From the NCBI GenBank assembly GCA_040954595.2, contig JBECUI020000031.1, positions 62,001 through 126,000 of the forward strand: a DNA stretch of 64,000 nucleotides. Reading direction: 5' to 3'. The notes under the pieces were generated by a model that worked only from the letters and a program-made list of their open reading frames with translations, was not told the DNA's origin and searched no databases. Every line of letters starts with the position of its first letter. The first letter of the stretch is position 1. A program made the translations under genes and the position numbers. Source of the DNA: Balanoglossus misakiensis. Its lineage: Eukaryota; Animalia; Hemichordata. This document shows positions 21,926 to 32,392 of this stretch, piece after piece.

Positions 21926-22615
21926 GTGAACAACAACAATACCGTTGTCAAACTGGAAAATCTGTCTAAATCCTATACTATGGGTAAGGTGCTAGTACCT
22001 GCCTTAAAAACTCTGAATTACGAGTTTAAAGAAGGTTTTACAGTTGTTGCTGGTCCTTCAGGAAGCGGAAAGAGTACCTTGCTCAATATAGTTGGCTGCC
22101 TAGACTCACCCACAAAGGGCAGTGTCTACCTGGACGGTCGAGAAATCACTAAAATGAACGAAGCCTCGCAGAGCCAACTTCGCCGCAGTTACATTGGCTT
22201 CATTTTTCAGAGCTTTAGCCTTATTCCCGTGCTTTCAGTCTTTGATAATGTAGAGTACCCCATTTTACGTTCTAATCTGGAGAAAACAGAACGGAAAGAG
22301 CGGGTCATACAACTTCTCCATGATGTGGGGCTGGAAGATTTTAAGTCACGATTCCCTCGGGAACTTTCTGGAGGACAAATGCAGCGGGTAGCTATTGCCC
22401 GAGCCCTGGTAAGCCATCCTAAGCTCATTATTGCCGACGAACCGACGGCAAACCTGGATTCAAAAACAGGAGACACGATTATCCAGCTACTGGGACGAAT
22501 GCAGAAGGAACAGGGAGCATCGGTTATCATTGCCTCCCATGATGGCAATGTTCTGGAACAAATCAGCACAAAATTATATCTAAGGGATGGAGAACTAAGT
22601 CATGAAACTCATTGA
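21926..22615 (+). CDS. ABC ATP-binding protein (LolD/MacB type)
   Basis: [32 protein letters not shown] and ADEPTANLD motifs. Confidence 0.95.
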   Translation: MNNNNTVVKLENLSKSYTMGKVLVPALKTLNYEFKEGFTVVAGPSGSGKSTLLNIVGCLDSPTKGSVYLDGREITKMNEASQSQLRRSYIGFIFQSFSLIPVLSVFDNVEYPILRSNLEKTERKERVIQLLHDVGLEDFKSRFPRELSGGQMQRVAIARALVSHPKLIIADEPTANLDSKTGDTIIQLLGRMQKEQGASVIIASHDGNVLEQISTKLYLRDGELSHETH

Positions 22616-23830
22616 AGCAAAAATAGCCGTAAGGAATTTACTGGCCAATTCCCGAAGAACACTTCTGACACTGTTTATCATCATTATTGGTTTGACGGCC
22701 ATATTATTTATTTCTGGCTATATCGCCATGGTAAGAGTGGGATTCGGAGAACTTCTAATCAGCGAGAAGTATGCCCATTTTCAAATTTATAAAACGGGTT
22801 ATCTTGAACAGGATGACATAACGACAATGAAGTATTCGTTAACACCGGAAGAAGTTTCTAAGATCAAAACTATCCTAGAACCTCTAGAAGAGGTGGATTT
22901 CATTTCTCCTCGAACCAACCTTCAAGGGTTTGTGGGGAACTACGAGAGGTCCAAACTTTTTCTCGGCTATGGGGCGGATCCTTCCTTGGAAAATTTTATG
23001 ACCTATGGCCGAATGACCGAGGGAATCAAATTATCTCTTGATGATCCCTCCCAAAGTGTCATTGGGGAGGGACTTGCGGAAAAACTGGGAGTGGCCCTCG
23101 GTGATCAACTACAGGTTACTGTTCCCAACGAAAGGGGAGGACTTGAAGCTGAACTGATCACCGTGGGGGGAATTGCCAACTTTGGCCCCAAGGAGCTTAA
23201 CGACACCACATTGCTGACCTCCATAGGTATAGCTCAGTCCTTGGGTTATACCGATAATGTGCAATTGCTCATGGTGATGCTTCGGGAAACCTCTTCCCTT
23301 GACGAGGTCTACAGTTATTTTCAACAGGAGGCTCAGAAAGCTGGGCTGGAAATTGAAACCAAAACATGGTTGGATATGGATCCTTTTTATAATCAGGTAC
23401 TCCGGGACTATACTTTCCAACTCAATTTGATAGCCACCATCTTCTTGTTTGTTATACTTCTGGCAGTAAGCAACACCATCTACATGTCCATTATCGAACG
23501 GACCCCGGAAATCGGCACTCTTAGGGCCATTGGAATTTCCAAACTGAGGTTGTGCGAACGGTCTTATTAGAAGGGATCATCCTGGGAATTCTCGGGGCTC
23601 TGATTGGGGTTGGCATTGCCCTTATTATGCAGTTTGTTTTTCAGAGGTTCTACATTGAACTTCCCCCTCCGCCGTCCAGAACAGACCCCATTCGCTTGGC
23701 TATTCTGTTGCATCCCAAAGAAGTTCTGTTCTACAGCATTTTATTGGCAACGGCTTCGTCTCTAGCTACGCTTCCACCTGCAATGAAAGCCTCTAACACT
23801 AATATAGTCTCGGCTATTCGACATGCCTAA
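22602..23830 (+). CDS. FtsX/LolC-E-like ABC permease (frameshift near 23550)
   Basis: RNLLANSRRTLLT and SIIERTPEIGTLRAIG; the C-terminus LLEGIILGILG...AIRHA is in the next frame. Confidence 0.88.
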
Positions 23831-23839
23831 GGAGAATTT

Positions 23840-24563
23840 ATGAAAAAGTTCATGCTATTATTGTTTCTGTTATCAACCTGGGGACTGTTTTGCTCAAAAC
23901 ACAGATGAGGAATTTCTAAAATTTCTTCGCGTTGAGTCCAACTTTGCCCCTATTTTTAAGTCAACAATGGAATTTGAAGCTCATACACCAGGGGGGGAGA
24001 CAACGACTGCAACCTTTACATTGTATGAAAACAAGGGAGAGTCCATAGTCATTTTCCTCAATCCTGCCAGAGACAGGGGTAAGGTAATACTGCAAATCAA
24101 AAACAAATACTGGCTGTACTTCCCGAAAACCAAGCGGGCATCAGTGCTTTCGCCCTTGGCCAGTCTGGTGGGAAATGCCTCTAACGCCGATGTTCTCAGA
24201 CCTCCGACCTCTCTGCTTTACAACATCACTTTAGAAGAACACACGCATTCTGTAGGAAATAGAACAGTCCGGTATACGGCCATTGACCGGGAAGCCCCCT
24301 ATGGAGAAGTTCTTTCCTACTTTGATGAAGAAAAGATCTTAGAGTCAAGGATATACTCCCGCAGTGGTATTCTCTTAAAAGAAGTTCTCTATGAAAACCA
24401 CATAGCCAATGCAGCCGGACCAGGGTATTTTGCTACCAAAATCAGAATTGTGGATGGGGTCAACAAGGAGCGGTATACCCTTATCGACTTTTCCGATGTG
24501 GAAGAGCTTGATTCCATTAATGCAAATTGGTTCAATCCCAATAACCTAGGGAGGATACGGTAA
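23840..24563 (+). CDS. Outer-membrane lipoprotein-sorting (LolA-like fold) protein (indel near 23890)
   Basis: RBS AAGGAG and MKKFMLLLFLLSTWGLF signal peptide; FLNPARDRGKVIL..YWLYFP and WFNPNNL motifs typical of the family. Confidence 0.8.
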
Positions 24564-25993
24564 TGACCAGTTTGTTGAAAGCATGTAATGGCTACACCCT
24601 ACCAGCAAGGTTAAAAATTTCTATTTTTTGTATGCTCTTGCTTACCTTGAGAGGAATACCTTTATTCGCCCAAGGACTGGAATCTGCCGTTTCCATGGAC
24701 TTCTCCTGGTATCCCTATGCGGCCGTGAGAAACAAAACATCAGCCCTTAATCCCAATAACTACCTCCAAAGGCAGGAATTGGTTAACCAGGCAAAGTCCT
24801 CTCTGTGGTTTGATCTCTATTTTGACTATTTTTTGCATTTTAGTGGGAATTTTGAACTAGCAGTTCACACCGCCGGAAGCCAGGCCTTGATGGATGAGGC
24901 TCCCGAAGGTACCGATCGTTCTCCTTTGGGAAATATCACCCTGGGGTTTGATCAGATTTATTTGGAGTGGACTACACCAAATTATTGGTATGTTGGTTAT
25001 GGAAAATTTCCGATCCGTTATGGTTTTTCCCGTATTTTTTCTCCTTTAAACTACACTTCTCAAGAAGTGGATTTTCAGACAACTTTAGGACAGCAGAGCT
25101 TCTGGCTTAAAGGAAACCTTGGACCAATAAACTTCTCCCTTAATTATTTTCCTTCCATTAGTTTCAAGGATAATCCCAATGCTAAAACGCCAGTGGAAAA
25201 TTTCTTTTCGACCTTTGAAACGGTTCTGAAAAGACAGACCCTTTCTGTACAATTTTCGGGATTTTTCTTTGATAGCCTGGATATTTCCCTACACTATTTT
25301 CTACAAGATAAAGGGGACTACAAATTAGAAGATTTCTACATGGCAGGCGGCGGTGGAGTATCGTGGTCCATTCTCGACAAATTTATCTGGAGAGGTGAGG
25401 TGATTGCCGGAAATGGCTATGATAGTATCAAGATTCTCAAGGCCAGTCAATTTGCGGAGAATCCTGTACTGGAGACCTATCCCCAATGGGATCTGGTTGA
25501 TCGCAATCTCGATGAATTACGTGTGAAATTCCTTACGGGTTTCACAGTGATCCTTCCAGGAGACATTGAACTTTCTTTGGACTATTACTACAACGGAAAT
25601 GGTCTTAGCAATGAAGAAAGAAAGGCTTTTATTGATGCCCTGATTGTTTCGGGCGACTACTATGATATTCCAGATGCCCAGGGCAGAGATCAAGCGCATC
25701 GCAGCTTCCTGGGGGCAGGACTGTCCAACTGGAAAATTTATGATCTGGGGCAGCACTATCTCTTCCTACAGTTTCTTAAACTAGGAATCTTTCAAAGAAT
25801 GGATGTTACCAATACTTCAATATTCTTAGTTTCTGACCTTTCTTTCTTTAATATAAGTGAACTTAGCTACAACTTAAGCGATCATTTCTCCATTGGGGCA
25901 AAGTGGCAATTTGTATTATTTCCTGAGAATGGGGCCTATAGTCTATCCCCCAATCTCTTTCGCTTCGAACTGATACTGCGTTATAGTATCTAA
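24563..25993 (+). CDS. Putative outer-membrane beta-barrel protein
   Basis: Signal peptide, aromatic-rich alternating strands, C-terminal FELILRYSI. Confidence 0.65.
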   Translation: MTSLLKACNGYTLPARLKISIFCMLLLTLRGIPLFAQGLESAVSMDFSWYPYAAVRNKTSALNPNNYLQRQELVNQAKSSLWFDLYFDYFLHFSGNFELAVHTAGSQALMDEAPEGTDRSPLGNITLGFDQIYLEWTTPNYWYVGYGKFPIRYGFSRIFSPLNYTSQEVDFQTTLGQQSFWLKGNLGPINFSLNYFPSISFKDNPNAKTPVENFFSTFETVLKRQTLSVQFSGFFFDSLDISLHYFLQDKGDYKLEDFYMAGGGGVSWSILDKFIWRGEVIAGNGYDSIKILKASQFAENPVLETYPQWDLVDRNLDELRVKFLTGFTVILPGDIELSLDYYYNGNGLSNEERKAFIDALIVSGDYYDIPDAQGRDQAHRSFLGAGLSNWKIYDLGQHYLFLQFLKLGIFQRMDVTNTSIFLVSDLSFFNISELSYNLSDHFSIGAKWQFVLFPENGAYSLSPNLFRFELILRYSI

Positions 25994-26014
25994 GAATCAG
26001 TATAAGGAAAACGT

Positions 26015-27202
26015 ATGAAAAAAATTTTCTTGGTATTGTTTTGCTTTTTTTCCCTAGGGATTTTCTCATCTTGGGCTGCTGAGGGAGAAGAATTGTGGAC
26101 CATCAAAGAGATTCTCATAACCGGGTCAGAGCTCTCAGAGAAATTTATACGACTTTTTGTCACCATTGAAGAGGGTGATGTTATGACGGAATCCGATCTG
26201 AAGAAAGCAATCCGCCTAAGTCAGGTACGGGCACAAGATAACGAAAACATTTACTTACTCGATGCGGAATACATTGTTGAATCTTCAGAGGTTTTTATTA
26301 CCTTTTTTGTATCCGATAACTTAATTAAATTAAGTTTCAGTGCCTTTGACACCGGCCCTATTTTAGGATATAGGAACCTCTTAGGAGAAGGCATCAATGC
26401 TTACCTTTATCTTGGTTATTCAAAGCAGATGGCTAAGCTTGATTGGACCAGAATTGCTGGAAGCTTTGTAGGCTTCTCCATTCTCACCGGTCACCAGATA
26501 TTCAATCCTTTTGAAAAGGAACATAGCTCCTACTCCCTGGGTACCGAAAATCGTCTCTACCTCTGGCTGAATCCCTATATAAAGGTGGGGCTTATAAACG
26601 ATGTTTTCTGGAACATGGGCATGAAAAATCACGACAATCTGCTCAGCCTGGCCTTGGGCAGCTATCTTGATGTGAATTATAGCTATCTTCTTGATATCAT
26701 TCGAATGAATTTCAAGTTTCAGTTGGAATATCGTTACCATATAAAGGATCTAAATGACGGTGTACATAAAGTTGATTTTAATAATTCAATGGTTTTTCGC
26801 CCATTCCTTACCGATCGTTTACTTCTTAACATGAAATTCTCTCTAACCTGGGCCAGTAATGACCTAGTTAATCGAGGAAGGAACTCCCTATCTTCTAACT
26901 CAGGAAGATCGGCCTGGGCCCTTGGGATTTATGCACCTGTACAGATATTCAAATTAGAAAGAGGTGCCAACTTCTATTGGGGACTGGAGCCAGGATTCCT
27001 TGTGGGTAAGTCCCATATGGAGACTTTGAGTTTTTCCAACCCAGATCTGGGAATTTCTCTGGGCCCCACTTTCCAGGTGGGATTCCCTGCTTCCATATTC
27101 CTTGCTCCCCGGCTTATTTATAATTTCACGCAGAACAGTCTTGGTTTTTCCTTTTATTTCAGCACCTTGCCCTACACTACGGAAGTGGAATTGGGTTGGT
27201 AA
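26015..27202 (+). CDS. Putative outer-membrane protein with POTRA-like N-terminus
   Basis: Signal peptide, IKEILITG...IEEGD, YRNLLGEG (Omp85-like NxxGxG), terminal Trp. Confidence 0.6.
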   Translation: MKKIFLVLFCFFSLGIFSSWAAEGEELWTIKEILITGSELSEKFIRLFVTIEEGDVMTESDLKKAIRLSQVRAQDNENIYLLDAEYIVESSEVFITFFVSDNLIKLSFSAFDTGPILGYRNLLGEGINAYLYLGYSKQMAKLDWTRIAGSFVGFSILTGHQIFNPFEKEHSSYSLGTENRLYLWLNPYIKVGLINDVFWNMGMKNHDNLLSLALGSYLDVNYSYLLDIIRMNFKFQLEYRYHIKDLNDGVHKVDFNNSMVFRPFLTDRLLLNMKFSLTWASNDLVNRGRNSLSSNSGRSAWALGIYAPVQIFKLERGANFYWGLEPGFLVGKSHMETLSFSNPDLGISLGPTFQVGFPASIFLAPRLIYNFTQNSLGFSFYFSTLPYTTEVELGW

Positions 27203-27232
27203 GGAATTCGATTTTATTTCAATGGAGTAGTC

Positions 27233-28894
27233 ATGGCTAAGAAAAAAATAATTATTATCAATGGATCGCCAAAGCAGACATCCAATACGATGGTACTGGT
27301 TAGAAAATTTTTGACAGGCTACACCCAGAACCATCCTGAATCAGAAATAATGGAGTACCCTTTGCGTAAGCTGTCTATTACGCCCTGCACCGGTTGCTAC
27401 AGCTGTTGGTATGAAACCCCAGGGCTCTGTATTTTCCGAGACAAAATGGATACGCTCATTCCCAGCATCGGAGAGGCCGACCTTGTTGTCTGGTCGACTC
27501 CTCTTTACAACTACGGTATGTCATCATGGCTAAAGACGGTACTTGAACGGACTCTACCAGTGATGCTTCCGGAAATTGTCCAAAAGAAGGTGGGGGGAAA
27601 GCTCACTTACAGCAATCTTCCCCGAGCAAACCTCCGATTTTTTGACCGCCCCCACATGCTGATCAGTAGCAGCGGTTTACCCGATCAGGATGTCTTTAGG
27701 CCCATGCTGGAAGCTTGGGCCAAACTAGCCATTAACAATGAAGAGAACGTTATTACCTGTGTTATGGGTGATTTGCTGGGGACTCCCATGAGGGGACGGT
27801 TCATCCCCTATCTGAACCATGTGGAAAATGCAGGAAGAGAAATGGATTTGGAAGGTAGGATTTCAGATCAGACCAAAGAAAAACTCCTGCGCCCCATCGT
27901 TCCTGTGGACGAATTTATTGAACTGGCAAGGAATTATTTCTCTGTGAACACGGACAAGGACGAGAAGCCAAATGATGTTGAAAAAATGCTTCTTCTCATG
28001 AAGGCTTCTTTTAATCCCGCAGCATTACCCCAGGAAAGGAAGATTCTGGAGATGTCCTTTCTGGAACCGAAAACCCATTTCCATTTTGTTATGGAAAACT
28101 GCCAATGTGAACTACGGGAAGGTAGACCGAACACGACCCCTCAGGGAGTCATAGAAACCACAGCCTCCAACTGGAAGTTAATAAGCAACGGCCTATATGA
28201 TTGGCACGAAGCCCTACAAAAGGGACTCTACCGCATTTGGGGAGAACTCAAGTTTCTGGAGTGGATGCAAAGCAAACTCTTCCAAAATGAAAACACAGCA
28301 GGAAAGACAGAAGGATTGCAAAAGAATTCCAGAGGACAGCAGATTAGGCCCAGCCGCCTTATCATGGACCTTCTACCATGGATAACTTTCTTCTTTGTAA
28401 GTAACTACTCCCTTATGGGGGGACTACTTGGGGCCTTGGGGATTTCCCTTTGTAACCTGCTGTTCAGTCATCTCCGACAGTCGCTAACCCGTTTGGCAAT
28501 CCTTTCCCCCTCGCTCTTTTTTCTGGGCTTACTGGTAGTAGAAAATTTTCAGCTTTCGGGAATGCTAATCGCCGCTTCGTACTACCTGGTGCTCGCCACA
28601 ATCTGGGGGGCTACGCTTTTTACAGCAACGCCTCTTACAAGCGAATACCATGAGAGCACCTCCCCTCAATCTAGTGTAAAAACAGGCCTTTTTAAACGGA
28701 CACACCATGCCACTACCCTTGTATGGGCCGCAATCTATGCCTTTGTTGGTGGAGGAAAACTGTTGATGCTGTACCTTAATTACAATTCTCAAGCCCAACT
28801 ACTGAACCTTGCTTTCTTGGGAGGAATAGCTTTCACAGCTTTCTTTACCCGTTATTATCCCCGAAGCCAAGCGTTAAAAGGCTTGCTTCTATAA
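27233..28894 (+). CDS. Flavodoxin-like Fe-S flavoprotein fused to an SCP2 lipid-binding domain and a multi-TM domain
   Basis: INGSPK..SNT, PCTGCYSCW...C and STPLY motifs; SCP2-like segment ending ALQKGLYRIWGEL; hydrophobic C-terminus. Confidence 0.8.
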   Translation: MAKKKIIIINGSPKQTSNTMVLVRKFLTGYTQNHPESEIMEYPLRKLSITPCTGCYSCWYETPGLCIFRDKMDTLIPSIGEADLVVWSTPLYNYGMSSWLKTVLERTLPVMLPEIVQKKVGGKLTYSNLPRANLRFFDRPHMLISSSGLPDQDVFRPMLEAWAKLAINNEENVITCVMGDLLGTPMRGRFIPYLNHVENAGREMDLEGRISDQTKEKLLRPIVPVDEFIELARNYFSVNTDKDEKPNDVEKMLLLMKASFNPAALPQERKILEMSFLEPKTHFHFVMENCQCELREGRPNTTPQGVIETTASNWKLISNGLYDWHEALQKGLYRIWGELKFLEWMQSKLFQNENTAGKTEGLQKNSRGQQIRPSRLIMDLLPWITFFFVSNYSLMGGLLGALGISLCNLLFSHLRQSLTRLAILSPSLFFLGLLVVENFQLSGMLIAASYYLVLATIWGATLFTATPLTSEYHESTSPQSSVKTGLFKRTHHATTLVWAAIYAFVGGGKLLMLYLNYNSQAQLLNLAFLGGIAFTAFFTRYYPRSQALKGLLL

Positions 28895-28906
28895 AAGGAG
28901 ACAGAA

Positions 28907-29500
28907 GTGAACATGTTGTATAAATCAATGAAATTGGGCCGTCTCTATGTGGATCTCATACCATGGATTGTTGTCTGGTCCTTGAGTAACTATAACAGTC
29001 GCTGGGGACTCATCGCTGCTTTGATTATTTCTTTGTTTACCTCCTTGCTGATAGGTCATTACCAGCGGCCACTTTCGCGATCGGAAAAAATTTCTCCTCT
29101 TATTTTTGTTCTTGGCCTTCTATTTCTGGAATTTTATCAACCTATAGGAATAAGTTTGGTTGGTGTATATTACACAATTCAAGGACTGTTCTGGTGTCTT
29201 TCGCTCTTTAGCGCAAGCTCCATAGCTGAAGAATACAGAAGTGGCGACTACCAAAAAAATCCAGAGCATAAAAGAATCCTCAAGCAAAGTTTCTTGGTTC
29301 TCACCTTTGTCTGGGGGGTAACTTTCTGCATTGTTGGTATAGCCAAATTGGTTTTTTTGACCTTAGATATTTATAACCTGGCACTGTTAGCAGACCTGCT
29401 TATCATCGGTACTCTTCTTTTTGAGCAAATCTATACTCGAAAGAACTCCCCACAGCAAATATCAAAAAAGTTAGCCACTTCACAAAGGAGCAAAGAATAG
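28907..29500 (+). CDS. Membrane protein paralogous to the TM domain of the preceding gene
   Basis: RLYVDLIPWI vs RLIMDLLPWI; ISPLIFVLGLL vs LSPSLFFLGLL; LTFVWG vs TTLVWA. Confidence 0.75.
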   Translation: MNMLYKSMKLGRLYVDLIPWIVVWSLSNYNSRWGLIAALIISLFTSLLIGHYQRPLSRSEKISPLIFVLGLLFLEFYQPIGISLVGVYYTIQGLFWCLSLFSASSIAEEYRSGDYQKNPEHKRILKQSFLVLTFVWGVTFCIVGIAKLVFLTLDIYNLALLADLLIIGTLLFEQIYTRKNSPQQISKKLATSQRSKE

Positions 29501-29661
29501 AACTTGGAAAGTTTTATTCTTGTTAAGTAGGTAGATCATGTTTAAGATACTAAAAGTTGTTTACTCCCAAAAATTAAACTTAAAGGAGTGTAATGCAAAA
29601 GTAAGCTTTTTTTCTCTCTTACTTAGAGCAAGAGGGAAGCAATCGTTTTGTAACAATAATT

Positions 29662-30321
29662 ATGTCCCGTAAGAATACAACTCGCTACTCTATTTTGGGT
29701 ATGCTCAGCTATATGCCCATGTCTGGCTATGACATGAAGAATTTCACTAATGAGAGTCTTAGCCATTTCTGGAAAGAAAACTATGGAGCTATTTACCCAC
29801 AAATTAAAAACTTGGAAAAGGAAGGACTTGTTAAGCATTGGGAGGAAGATAACAGCGGCCGTCCCGAAAGAAAAGTCTATGTCATTACTCCCATGGGAGA
29901 AACGGTTCTACAAGAATGGCTCCAATCGTCAGCTGCTCCGCCGTTTCAACGGATAGAGATTCTTCTGAAACTATTTTTTGGGCATAGAGGCAGCAAAGAC
30001 AAGATGATAACTTTGGTGGAGGAACATCTTGCTTATTGCCGTAAAAAGTTAGAAACCTTGGAAACCATTGAATCTAACATCCGTGACGGAACCCAGCAGA
30101 TGAAAAGCATAAAAACTGCTCAGAAAAAAGTAAAACTGAGAAAAATGCACGCCCTTTCCCGGGAGGGAAGCCCCTACTGGTTATTCACGATCAACTATGG
30201 CCGTCTGCATTACTATGCAGGGATTACCTGGGCCGAAGAAACTTTGAAAGCATTACGAAGTCCTTCAGGGCTTAACGATGAGTTTATTGAAAGGCCTGGC
30301 CAGTGGCACGAAGTGTCATAG
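29662..30321 (+). CDS. PadR-family transcriptional regulator (AphA-like, with C-terminal domain)
   Basis: ILGML..PMSGYD, FW..NYGAIYP, LEKEGLV, RKVYVITPMG and LLKLFF motifs. Confidence 0.93.
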   Translation: MSRKNTTRYSILGMLSYMPMSGYDMKNFTNESLSHFWKENYGAIYPQIKNLEKEGLVKHWEEDNSGRPERKVYVITPMGETVLQEWLQSSAAPPFQRIEILLKLFFGHRGSKDKMITLVEEHLAYCRKKLETLETIESNIRDGTQQMKSIKTAQKKVKLRKMHALSREGSPYWLFTINYGRLHYYAGITWAEETLKALRSPSGLNDEFIERPGQWHEVS

Positions 30322-30399
30322 TTCCTTGAAGTTCCTGATTTAAGTCAAAACCATATTTCCTCTTGACTGGAGGGGTTAGCAAACTGCTATGATAAGGTA

Positions 30400-31101
30400 A
30401 TGCAAAAACTTACTGTTTATTGTTTTTTTCGCTCTGGAATTCTGCTTCTATTTTTCTTGGGCTCCCTTGTCTCTGGAACAGCTCAGGAAACAGCTCTACA
30501 GTTTTTTGACAGCGTTTCAAAGCGTTACAATGAAATTTTAGACTACCAGGCCAACTTGACCATTAAAAAGGGAGATGCCGTTCAGGCAGCAGTCGTGCAG
30601 TATAAGGCACCTAACCTTCTTCGGTTGGATTTTTCCGAACCGGAGGGAATGGTTATTGCCGTCGATGGTGAACGGCTACAAGTTTATGTTCCCCAATACC
30701 AGGTGACTTTCTCACAGCCATTAAAACGCCACAGTGATTCCACACTAGCAGCGATGATCAATGCCAAAGGCTTGGAGCTGATGAAGAAGAATTACACCAT
30801 TGCCTACGCTTTGAGTCCAGACTTTGTTCCTCTGGAGCCCGGCCATTCAGAGCAAGTAATTAAACTCAAACTCTATTGGAGGTCCTCTAGCGAAGGTTTT
30901 CGAGAAATGGAACTGAGCGTAGATAACAATCTTCTCATACGCCGTGTCAAGGGTATTAGCACCCTCAACGAGGTGCTGGTCTTTGATTTTACAGATTACG
31001 ACATTAATAGAGGTATTCCTGATATGCGGTTTGTCTATGACAGTCCTCCAGCAAGTAACACCATCGATAACTTTCTCTTTGCCCCCGAGGATCCCCAGTG
31101 A
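30400..31101 (+). CDS. lolA: Outer-membrane lipoprotein carrier protein LolA-like
   Basis: Signal peptide, YKAPNLLRLDFSEP, DGERLQVYVP and FVYDSPP motifs; lies upstream of a rodZ-like gene. Confidence 0.75.
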   Translation: MQKLTVYCFFRSGILLLFFLGSLVSGTAQETALQFFDSVSKRYNEILDYQANLTIKKGDAVQAAVVQYKAPNLLRLDFSEPEGMVIAVDGERLQVYVPQYQVTFSQPLKRHSDSTLAAMINAKGLELMKKNYTIAYALSPDFVPLEPGHSEQVIKLKLYWRSSSEGFREMELSVDNNLLIRRVKGISTLNEVLVFDFTDYDINRGIPDMRFVYDSPPASNTIDNFLFAPEDPQ

Positions 31102-32189
31102 AGTCTTTGGGCGATACACTCATTGAGGCCAGAGAAAAACGCGAAATCACATTAGATCAAGCGGTCCATGAAACCAACATCTCTCATCACTATCTGGAAG
31201 CCTTGGAGGCAGAGAATTTTAAAATTTTCCCCGCCGAAGCTTATATAATTGGGTTTTTAAAAATCTATGCCGAATTTCTGGGCATAGACCCCAAAAAAGC
31301 CGTAAGTCTCTTCAAAAACTACAAGCTCAGTGAGCAACCAGCCCCCATCGAGCAACTCGTCGGACCACCGAAGGGAAGAATGTCACGCAAGATTTTCTGG
31401 GGAGGTTTCTTCCTTTCTCTACTGTTTGTAGCTGGTGTTTTGCTTTGGCCCTACCTTATGGACTTGCTGGAAAATCGGCAGGAACTCCGACAGCAGGAAG
31501 TTGTGACGGAAGCTCCACCTGAACGAGAAATTTTTCCCACGCTGCCCCTTTGGGAGGGCGAGGTTCGAATTGAAGACACCATTATCTTCTCCCAGGAAGA
31601 TCAGGAGCGCCGATTCTCCGTCAGCGGAACTGAAGAAACTCTAGTTTTCAGAGAACCTGGAGGAGAACCATGGACCCTGGCTTTGGGAGAAGAGCAGTAT
31701 ATTCCAGGCAGTACGGAAGGTTCCCTTTGGCGCTTTTATCTTAAAGACATAGGATTACCCAGCGGTGGAGGGGTCTTGGAAATTCAACAAATCTTTCAGG
31801 AAACCGAAGCCCCGGAAGACAGCATTCTAGAAGAAGCTCCTCCCCCCAGTACGAACAGGATTCGTCAGATCCCCCCCCAAGTAGTTATGTCCTCCAAAAC
31901 CAGGGTAACGTTTACTATAGAAATTATTTTCCGAGGCTTCTGTTTATTCCGCTATCAACAGGAGAATCAACCACCCAACGTTGCTTTTTATGCCGAAGGA
32001 GAAACTCTTCGTCTTACTGTTGGCCGTTCGGTAATTCTTGGAGCTTCGGATGCAGGTGCACTAACTGTAAAAACTGCGGGTAATGAGATTCCCTTGGGCC
32101 GCCGTGGGGAAGTCATTGTGAAACAGGTTCATTGGAAGTGGAATGAAGAGACTGAGTTCTATGAGCTTAGAGCCACCCCCCTCTACTAA
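31098..32189 (+). CDS. rodZ: RodZ-like HTH membrane protein
   Basis: LGDTLIEARE..ITL, YLEALEAENF..FP...YIIGFLKIYAEFLG, one TM, C-terminal DAGAL. Confidence 0.8.
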   Translation: MKSLGDTLIEAREKREITLDQAVHETNISHHYLEALEAENFKIFPAEAYIIGFLKIYAEFLGIDPKKAVSLFKNYKLSEQPAPIEQLVGPPKGRMSRKIFWGGFFLSLLFVAGVLLWPYLMDLLENRQELRQQEVVTEAPPEREIFPTLPLWEGEVRIEDTIIFSQEDQERRFSVSGTEETLVFREPGGEPWTLALGEEQYIPGSTEGSLWRFYLKDIGLPSGGGVLEIQQIFQETEAPEDSILEEAPPPSTNRIRQIPPQVVMSSKTRVTFTIEIIFRGFCLFRYQQENQPPNVAFYAEGETLRLTVGRSVILGASDAGALTVKTAGNEIPLGRRGEVIVKQVHWKWNEETEFYELRATPLY

Positions 32190-32392
32190 GCTGGAAGAAG
32201 GGCCAATGATACAGAACTGGTCTGCATGGATGTATAAATAGACGTTGAGGGAAGCTCCAGGGAAAACCCGATTCTCCCTCCCAACCAATTTCCCTGTTCC
32301 CCAGTGAGAGCCTGCTTGGGGTTTACATTTTTTTCGATTGAAATTCCTGTGCGATGAGAAGAATCAGGTCTACCCATAAGGAGGATCAGGTA

